Below, one piece after another: positions 57,962-64,000 of a DNA stretch of 64,000 nucleotides (within the stretch, counting starts at the first letter, position 1; the number at the start of each line of letters is the position of its first letter). Made by a program: the position numbers and the translations under genes. Source of the stretch: Actinomycetota bacterium. GTDB taxonomy: Bacteria > Actinomycetota > CALGFH01 > JBBAAN01. The notes below the pieces were generated by a model that worked only from the letters and a program-made list of their open reading frames with translations, was not told the DNA's origin and did not search any database. Location of the stretch: positions 18,969-82,968 of the forward strand of contig JBBAAN010000003.1 of the NCBI GenBank assembly GCA_041658225.1, read 5' to 3'.

Positions 57962-58662
57962 ATGCGCGCGTATTGGGACGAGCGCGCGCGGGTCAACGCC
58001 GTCTGGTACGTGGACACGAGCCTCGATTTCGACCACCCGGACCTGGAACGGTTCTTCGAGACCGGCCGGCGCATCGTCTCCGAGGCGCTGGACCACGCCC
58101 CAATTGCTCCGCCGGGGTCCTCGCTTGCCGTCGAGATCGGATCGGGCCTGGGTCGGGTGTGCCTCGCGCTGACCGAGCGGTTCAGCCGGGTCATTGGGGT
58201 GGACGTGTGACCCGAGATGGTGCGCCGCGCGCGCGCGAGTTCGCGCCGAATCCACGGATATCCTTCGAGGTGGGCGACGGAGCCAGCCTCGCGATGATCC
58301 CCGACGCCTCCGCCGACCTCGTGCTCTCGTTCACCGTGTTCCAGCACATCCCACACGTGTGGGTGACAGAGCGCTACATCGCCGAGGCTGGGCGGGTCCT
58401 GCGACCCGGCGGCATCCTCGTGTTCCAGTGGAACAACTCGCCGGGCGCGGTTCGCTGGGCCTTGCGGCGCGAAGTACTCTCGCTTCTAAGGCGAGCGGGG
58501 TTGGGGTTGGAGCGTTTCGACCGTCACGCCCCTGCGTTCCTCGGCAGCCGCGTGCCGCTGAGCCGGATACGGCGCTCCCTTGAAGGCGCCGGCCTCGCGC
58601 TTCGGGGCACGAGAGGGCTCGACACCCTGTTTGCCTGGGCATGGGCGGAGAGGGTCTCGTGA
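57962..58662 (+). pseudogene. Class I SAM-dependent methyltransferase disrupted between motif I and the rest: an in-frame TGA at 58208 plus a frame change within or near a (GC)5 run at 58226-58236
   Basis: The N-terminal frame MRAYWDE...VEIGSGLGRVCLALTERFSRVIGVDV stops at TGA, then reads PEMVRRARA. The downstream frame reads ...REFAPNPRISFEVGDGASLAMIPDASADLVLSFTVFQHIP.... The expected joined peptide GVDVSPEMVRRAREFAPNPRISF needs TGA to be sense and 2 nt removed from the (GC)n run. Alternatively one base is missing before the TGA. Confidence 0.55.
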
Positions 58663-59645
58663 TCACCGCCCCACGCGTATCGGTCATCGTGCCCGTCCGC
58701 AACCGGCGAGATCTCCTCGGGGCGCTCCTCGAGGCGCTTGCGCGCCAGACGCTGTCGGGCTTCGAGGTCGTCGTCGTGGACGATGGCTCCAACGACGGCT
58801 CGGCCGAAGAGGCGAACGCCTGGGCGGCGCGCGGCCTGACGCTGCGTGTCCTTAGAACCCAGGGCGTCGGCGCGGTAGGCGCGCGCCGACTCGGTGTGGA
58901 GGCCTCACGCGGCGACGTGCTGGCTTTCACCGACAGCGACTGCGTGCCGGAGCCGCGGTGGCTGGCCGAGGGGCTCGCCGCTATCGAGGCCGGGGTGGAC
59001 GTGGTCGAGGGCGCGACCCATCCCGTGCGCGAGATGCGTGCGTTCGAACACGCGGTCCGGGCGGGAGACGACGGCCTCTACAACACCTGCAACGTCTTCT
59101 ATCGCCGGGAAGCCTACGAGGCCGCGGGCGGCTTCGACGGGAACACCGGACGGCGCATGGGTTTCCGGCCGGGATCATTCGGGCGCGGTCTCGGCTTCGG
59201 GGAAGACACCCTGCTCGGCTGGCGCGTGCGCCGCGCCGGCCGAGCCGCATTCGCGCCGCTCGCCATTGTGCGCCACCAGGTCCTGCGATCCTCCCCGCGC
59301 GAGACGATCAACCGAACCTGGATGTGCGGCGGCTTCCCCGCGCTGGTCCGAGAGGTACCCGAACTTCGGGGAGCCCTTCTCAAACACCGGCTTTTCCTCG
59401 GGCGCAGGCGCGTGCCGCTGTACGTGCTGGTGGCCGCGCTGCTGCTGCGCCGGCGCAACGCCGCGCTGATCGCGGCGGCATGGTGGTTTGCTGCTCGCGC
59501 CCGCGATGTATCGCGTACGAACGGTGCCGGGCACGGGATCAAGCGAGGGCGGCTGCTCGATATTCCGGTCGAGCTCGCCCGCGATGTCGTGTCCGCGGCA
59601 GCCCTGCTGGCCGGCAGCGCCAAGACCCGGACACCCGTGCTGTGA
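58641..59645 (+). CDS. GT2 glycosyltransferase
   Basis: VSVIVPVRNRRDLL...VVVVDDGSNDGS...AFTDSDCVPEPRWL. Confidence 0.8.
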   Translation: MGGEGLVITAPRVSVIVPVRNRRDLLGALLEALARQTLSGFEVVVVDDGSNDGSAEEANAWAARGLTLRVLRTQGVGAVGARRLGVEASRGDVLAFTDSDCVPEPRWLAEGLAAIEAGVDVVEGATHPVREMRAFEHAVRAGDDGLYNTCNVFYRREAYEAAGGFDGNTGRRMGFRPGSFGRGLGFGEDTLLGWRVRRAGRAAFAPLAIVRHQVLRSSPRETINRTWMCGGFPALVREVPELRGALLKHRLFLGRRRVPLYVLVAALLLRRRNAALIAAAWWFAARARDVSRTNGAGHGIKRGRLLDIPVELARDVVSAAALLAGSAKTRTPVL

Positions 59646-59727
59646 TGTGCCGCCGCCGGTTCGCCCGCAGGTTCCTTCGCGGGGGCCATCGCGGCCCGGG
59701 TAGCGCGTCTCGCCCCGAGGCCCGACC

Positions 59728-60894
59728 TTGAGGAGCTCCCCGCCGAAAGTCGCCATCCGTGGCGCCGCCCGCTCGGCAGTCCCGGCGGGGCTGATCGCCG
59801 TGATCGCCTGGCCTGGAGTCCCGCTGCCAATGCGACTGGGCGCCGCCGGCGCCCTCTTCGCCTTCTGGGCCGCCGTCTACGCCCGCTACCGCGCCGCCGG
59901 TCGGCGCCAGACCCGGCACGAGTGGGAGCTGCTGCGCAGAACCGACCGGCAGGCCCTCCGGCGCCACTACGACGAACGCGTCCCCACGATGGAGCAGGAG
60001 TTCGAGCAGTGGGGACCCTACTACGCCTACAAACACCAAATGCGCTACAACCTCGTCGCGCGCGCCGTGCGCGACAACCTACCGCCCGGGGGACGCGTCC
60101 TCGACACCGGCTGCGGGGCCGCGCTCGTAGCCGCGCGCATGCTCGACCTTGACGCTGAATACCTCGGCTTGGATTTCGGCGGCCCACACATCCAGTACGC
60201 CGCAAGGAAGTTGCGCGAAGCAGACGGGCGGCTGCGAGTTCGATTCGTGCGCGCCGACGCCGAGCAGATACCCCTCATCGACGCCTGCGTGGACGTTGTC
60301 GTCATGAGCGAGGTCATCGAGCACCTCTTGCGACCCGACCGCGCCGTCTGGGAAGTAGCCAGGGTGCTACGCCCCGGTGGGACCTTCATAATGACCACCA
60401 ACAATGCCTGCGAGGTGCCACTGCGCTCGCCGCTTGCCAACCCTCTCGCGTGGTTCGAGAAGGCTCTCGGCACCGGGCATCCCTCGCTCATCTCGCACCG
60501 CCACTGGGTGTGGCCCGAGCCGGTCGACCGCGAACTGCTCCCGGCGCAGGCGGAGGATGTCTATGTTCCCCACACGCACCACATTCCAGCCGAGACCTGC
60601 GGGATGCTCGCCTCTGCCGGGCTCAAGACTCCGCGCTGGTCGACGTTCGAGTTCCCCCCGCCGCAAAGCGTCACGGCCGCGTTGCTTGCCAAGGCGGGCA
60701 GCGCCGGCCGGCGGCTGGCCGACGCCACCGAGTGGGTGGCCCAGCACGCACCGCTGGTCAACCGCCTGGGTACCCACCTCTTCATGCTCGCGCGCAAGAC
60801 AGGCGCGCCGGTCGCGGCGGACCCCCCGCCCGGCGTGTGGCCGGGTCCGGTTCCCCAGGTGCTCGGGCCCTTCCCCGACGATCTCAACTGGTAG
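59728..60894 (+). CDS. Class I SAM-dependent methyltransferase
   Basis: Motif I VLDTGCGAA; ...VVVMSEVIEHLLRPD... Confidence 0.75.
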   Translation: MRSSPPKVAIRGAARSAVPAGLIAVIAWPGVPLPMRLGAAGALFAFWAAVYARYRAAGRRQTRHEWELLRRTDRQALRRHYDERVPTMEQEFEQWGPYYAYKHQMRYNLVARAVRDNLPPGGRVLDTGCGAALVAARMLDLDAEYLGLDFGGPHIQYAARKLREADGRLRVRFVRADAEQIPLIDACVDVVVMSEVIEHLLRPDRAVWEVARVLRPGGTFIMTTNNACEVPLRSPLANPLAWFEKALGTGHPSLISHRHWVWPEPVDRELLPAQAEDVYVPHTHHIPAETCGMLASAGLKTPRWSTFEFPPPQSVTAALLAKAGSAGRRLADATEWVAQHAPLVNRLGTHLFMLARKTGAPVAADPPPGVWPGPVPQVLGPFPDDLNW

Positions 60895-60927
60895 TCTGGC
60901 CGAACCTGATCCACGTGCGGCCGGGAG

Positions 60928-62694
60928 GTGCGCGAAATGAGGTCTGCGGATGTCATCCGGGTTGGCGTCTCACACGTCGTCGGCGCGTTCGCTACCGGTG
61001 GCGATGATGGCCAGGCGGGCGTTGCCGATGCCGCGACGCAAAGGCTGCTGAGGTGGACGCAGGACACCGGCCGAATCCAAGCGAAGGCGCATCTCGCGTC
61101 CGGATGGTCCGAGAAAGCTAGGGCTGGGATAGCTGTGGCCGGCCCCATGGAAGCCGATGGCCAGCTTGCGGCCCCGAGCATCGTGGTATGGGGGCTGCCT
61201 CTTGGATCCTCCGGCGAGGCCTCGGACGACGAGATCCGAGAGGCCGTGCGAGCCCGAAGAGCCGACGAGCTCGATGGGGTCTTCGCTTTGTTCGCACTGG
61301 ATGCGGAAAGCATGTGCGTGCTTACCAGCACCTGGCCGGTCGGGATTGTCCGCGAAGTGTCGAACGGCCCACTGCGTGCTTGGGCGACGCGAGGCGGGGC
61401 GGCCCACGCGCTGGCCAACTCAAAGACACAGATCGCGGGCGAACGGGTGGCGGAACTCGTGACGCTTGACCATGTGATCGGAGCCGACGAATTGCTGGCC
61501 GGCACTGCGCTGCTCGAGGAGGGCTGCGCCGTCGAAGTCACGAGAAACGGCGTGAGGCGTTCGTCGCCCTCTCGGTCCGCTCTCTACGAGCCGGCTCCCA
61601 GGGCCGATGCTCGGTTATTGCGTGAGGTTGTTGGAGACAGCGCGGAACGACTTGTCGGCATTCGAGGAGCGCGGCTCGGACTCACAGGAGGCCGCGACAC
61701 TCGGCTGATTGTCAGTTGCCTGGCCGAGCGCGGGGTGATGCCCAAGACGTTCACCGTGGGCCACCCGGAGTTTCCGGACATGCGCGGTGCTCGCGCCCTC
61801 GCCGCCAAGTTTGGCTGGCAGCACGACGCGGTCGAACCGGCCGCCTACGATGGGACGCCGCTGGGAACACTGGCCGCGCAGAACCAGTGGATCCACCAGG
61901 CTAGTCAGGCCAAGCAGGCTGGGGCTGCGCTATTTGGCGTTCTGACCCGAGCGGCGCTGTGGACCGACGGACTCGGGCACCCACGCGCCGCTCTCGTGGG
62001 GCACCCCCAATTCCCTTGGGACGACACGGTGTGGGTCACCGGGCACGGAGCCGAGATCGGCCGCGCGTACTACTGGCACGGCCACCGGCCGCCGCTGGAT
62101 CCCGTTCCGGTACTGACCGACCGGTGGCGTTCGATCCTGTCGCCGAGCGCATGGGCGACTCTCCGCGAACGCGTCGCGGCCGAGATTGCCGAGACCCCGG
62201 GAAACGAGCCGGCAACCCGTCTCGATGTGTTCTACGCCCGCAACTGGATACGCAAGTACATCGGTCCCGCCCTCCCGGCCGACCGCAGACTCGCCGCCTA
62301 CTCCGCCATATACCTTTGCCGGCCCGCCATCAGCACGCTGCTCGCGTTACCCCAGGAAGACCGCGCCACCAGCCGGGCCTTTGGCGCCGCCATCTCCATT
62401 TGGAGTCCCGACCTTCACCGGAGCAGAGCTGCGGTAGTCGCGCGCTCGATGCTCGCGCGCGCAAGGCAACGCCTCCGGATTCCCGCACCATCGCCACTCG
62501 CGTCCGCCTGGCCATTGCTCGAAGCACTCCTGCGACACCTCGACCAAACCGGCTACCGTTATCGAGGCGTCTTTGACGACGCCTGGTGGTCGCGCGCTCG
62601 CCGAGATGGTGAGCGAAACCCTCGGCTCCGCCCTCCACTGTGGTGGTTGGTCGCGGCGGAAGCCGCGGCGGCGGCGGTTGAGCTGTCGGACTGA
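60928..62694 (+). CDS. Asparagine-synthetase-B-family amidotransferase-like protein (PP-loop)
   Basis: PP-loop-like LGLTGGRDTRLIV. The N-terminus lacks the Cys2 glutamine-hydrolysing nucleophile. Confidence 0.65.
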   Translation: MREMRSADVIRVGVSHVVGAFATGGDDGQAGVADAATQRLLRWTQDTGRIQAKAHLASGWSEKARAGIAVAGPMEADGQLAAPSIVVWGLPLGSSGEASDDEIREAVRARRADELDGVFALFALDAESMCVLTSTWPVGIVREVSNGPLRAWATRGGAAHALANSKTQIAGERVAELVTLDHVIGADELLAGTALLEEGCAVEVTRNGVRRSSPSRSALYEPAPRADARLLREVVGDSAERLVGIRGARLGLTGGRDTRLIVSCLAERGVMPKTFTVGHPEFPDMRGARALAAKFGWQHDAVEPAAYDGTPLGTLAAQNQWIHQASQAKQAGAALFGVLTRAALWTDGLGHPRAALVGHPQFPWDDTVWVTGHGAEIGRAYYWHGHRPPLDPVPVLTDRWRSILSPSAWATLRERVAAEIAETPGNEPATRLDVFYARNWIRKYIGPALPADRRLAAYSAIYLCRPAISTLLALPQEDRATSRAFGAAISIWSPDLHRSRAAVVARSMLARARQRLRIPAPSPLASAWPLLEALLRHLDQTGYRYRGVFDDAWWSRARRDGERNPRLRPPLWWLVAAEAAAAAVELSD

Positions 62695-62955
62695 CGGCTC
62701 ACTTCACTGCTCGGGCAACCGGTCACAGCCCGAAGGGAGCGCATCACTGACCCAGACGACCTTCCTGTGCAACCGTCTTCTTGGGTTCATGCGGAGAACC
62801 CCAGGATACCGGGTAAGATACCGTGGCCATGCTGGTTCCCCATCTTGGCGCAGCGGGTCGAGCCGTCGGCGTGCTCTGTCTATGACCGCTCCGCTGATCG
62901 CTGAGAGGGGCGAGGCAGCTCCGAGGTCCACTGAAGACCGCCGCGGGATACGCCT

Positions 62956-64000
62956 ATGTCTGATTGCCTGATCACGCCTCATGGCGGGGCCTTGGTCGAT
63001 CTCCTGGCCGACCCCGAGCGTGCGGCCGAGTTCCGTGCGGCCTCCCGGGACATGCCCTCCTGGGACATGACCCCTCGCCATCTCTGCGACCTCGAGCTCC
63101 TGTTGAACGGCGGATTCTCCCCGCTCCGGGGCTTCATGACTCGAGGGGACTACGAGAGCGTCTGCTCTTCGATGCGCCTATTGGACGGGACCTTGTGGCC
63201 GATCCCCATCACTCTCGACGTTCCGGAGGACCTGGCCCGGAACCTCGACGCCGGACGGGGCCTGGCGCTTCGCGACCCCGAGGGGGTCCTGCTCGCCGTG
63301 TTGTGGGTTGAGGAGGTCTGGAAGCCCGACCTCACGCTGGAGGCCCAGACGGTGTTCGGCACCGTCGATGAGGACCACCCCGGTGTGAGCCATCTCCTCC
63401 AGAGCACCCACAGTTGGTACGTGGGAGGCCGCATCGAGGGGATCCACCTGCCGATCCACTACGACTTCCGCTCCTTGCGGCTGACGCCCCGGCAGGTTCG
63501 CGCCGATCTCTCCCAGCGCTCGTGGGAGCGGGTCGTGGCCTTCCAGACGCGCAACCCGATGCACCGCGCTCACTACGAGTTGACGCTCCGGGCGGCTCGG
63601 GACACCGGGGCGAGACTGCTCGTCAACCCCGTGGTCGGCCTCACGAAACCGGGCGACGTGGACCACTACAGCCGCGTGCGCTGCTACCAGGCGGTGCTGC
63701 GCCGCTACCCGCCCGAGACCGCCATGCTCACCCTGCTGCCCCTGGCCATGCGGCTGGCGGGCCCGAGGGAAGCGCTCTGGCACGGCATCATCCGCAAGAA
63801 CTACGGCTGTACGCACTTCATCGTGGGGCGCGACCACGCCGGCCCCGGCGCCGACAGTCGAGGGACGCCCTTCTACGACCCTTACGAGGCGCAGGCCATG
63901 TTCCTGTCGCATCAAGACGAGTTGGGAATCGGCATGGTTCCGTTCAGGGAGATGGCCTACGTCCCCGAGTTGGACTCCTACCTGCCCGAGGACGAGGTCG
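62956..64000 (+). CDS. sat: Sulfate adenylyltransferase (ATP sulfurylase), 3' end truncated by the window edge
   Basis: Manual translation from the ATG at 62956: MSDCLITPHGGALVDLL...QTRNPMHRAHYELT...GRDHAGPG... (QTRN and GRD signature motifs). It is absent from the ORF track because no stop falls inside the window. Confidence 0.9.
   Translation, partial: MSDCLITPHGGALVDLLADPERAAEFRAASRDMPSWDMTPRHLCDLELLLNGGFSPLRGFMTRGDYESVCSSMRLLDGTLWPIPITLDVPEDLARNLDAGRGLALRDPEGVLLAVLWVEEVWKPDLTLEAQTVFGTVDEDHPGVSHLLQSTHSWYVGGRIEGIHLPIHYDFRSLRLTPRQVRADLSQRSWERVVAFQTRNPMHRAHYELTLRAARDTGARLLVNPVVGLTKPGDVDHYSRVRCYQAVLRRYPPETAMLTLLPLAMRLAGPREALWHGIIRKNYGCTHFIVGRDHAGPGADSRGTPFYDPYEAQAMFLSHQDELGIGMVPFREMAYVPELDSYLPEDEV

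Noticed and set aside
1-64000. CRISPR arrays, rRNA genes, transposases, integrases
   Set aside because: No arrays of regularly spaced repeats were found. The only tandem repeats are at 3985, 31338 and 49642. No ORF had DDE, integrase or recombinase motifs.

Overview
This is a high-GC (~70%) actinobacterial chromosome segment; the DUF2469 gene beside rnhB, leaderless TANNNT promoters and LPXTG proteins all point that way. All features below are read from the sequence and the ORF track only; no database search, RNA-family scan or folding was run.

Contents, left to right:
1. 1-5.9 kb, minus strand: the conserved ffh-rpsP-KH-rimM-trmD-rplS-rnhB-DUF2469 cluster, followed by a 3'-truncated URO-D-family gene at the window edge.
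2. 6-8.6 kb: an orphan membrane sensor histidine kinase, then a hicB-hicA toxin-antitoxin pair abutting tRNA-Val(TAC).
3. 8.8-19.4 kb: secreted or wall-anchored hydrolases. These are an LPATG-anchored secretory lipase, a 1445-aa S8 peptidase and an LPATG-anchored CocE/NonD hydrolase, followed by a GMC oxidoreductase and its TetR regulator.
4. 20.1-20.5 kb: a ~340-nt GC-rich, tetraloop-rich candidate structured RNA. It has a textbook sigma70-like promoter and a bidirectional terminator and sits next to a TetR operator palindrome. I could not assign its class.
5. 20.5-31.2 kb: miscellaneous metabolism and stress genes, namely an ACT protein, an ADP-forming acyl-CoA synthetase, DUF1638, a tandem USP, a beta-propeller lipoprotein, an SDR, a PLP decarboxylase and a PAS histidine kinase.
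6. 31.7-40.3 kb: a tRNA-Met(CAT) locus carrying a TacA/TacT-like (DUF1778/GNAT) toxin-antitoxin pair. Upstream are two successive degenerate copies of the tRNA 5' half. These delimit two integrase-less islets: an ABC-2 exporter, a TetR regulator and a Fic gene in the first, and a CdaR-like regulator with an LPATG esterase in the second.
7. 40.5-64 kb: a large glycan biosynthesis and modification cluster. It holds GT2 x3, GT4 x2-3, a PMT_2/GT39-like membrane transferase, a Wzx flippase, a Wzx-GT4 fusion with a tandem-repeat linker, a hexapeptide acetyltransferase, three SAM methyltransferases (one disrupted), an AsnB-like amidotransferase and ATP sulfurylase at the window end. A solute-binding protein, a C69 dipeptidase and an S1 protease are interspersed.

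Two probable gene disruptions at simple repeats are noted: a G8 tract and a (GC)n tract.
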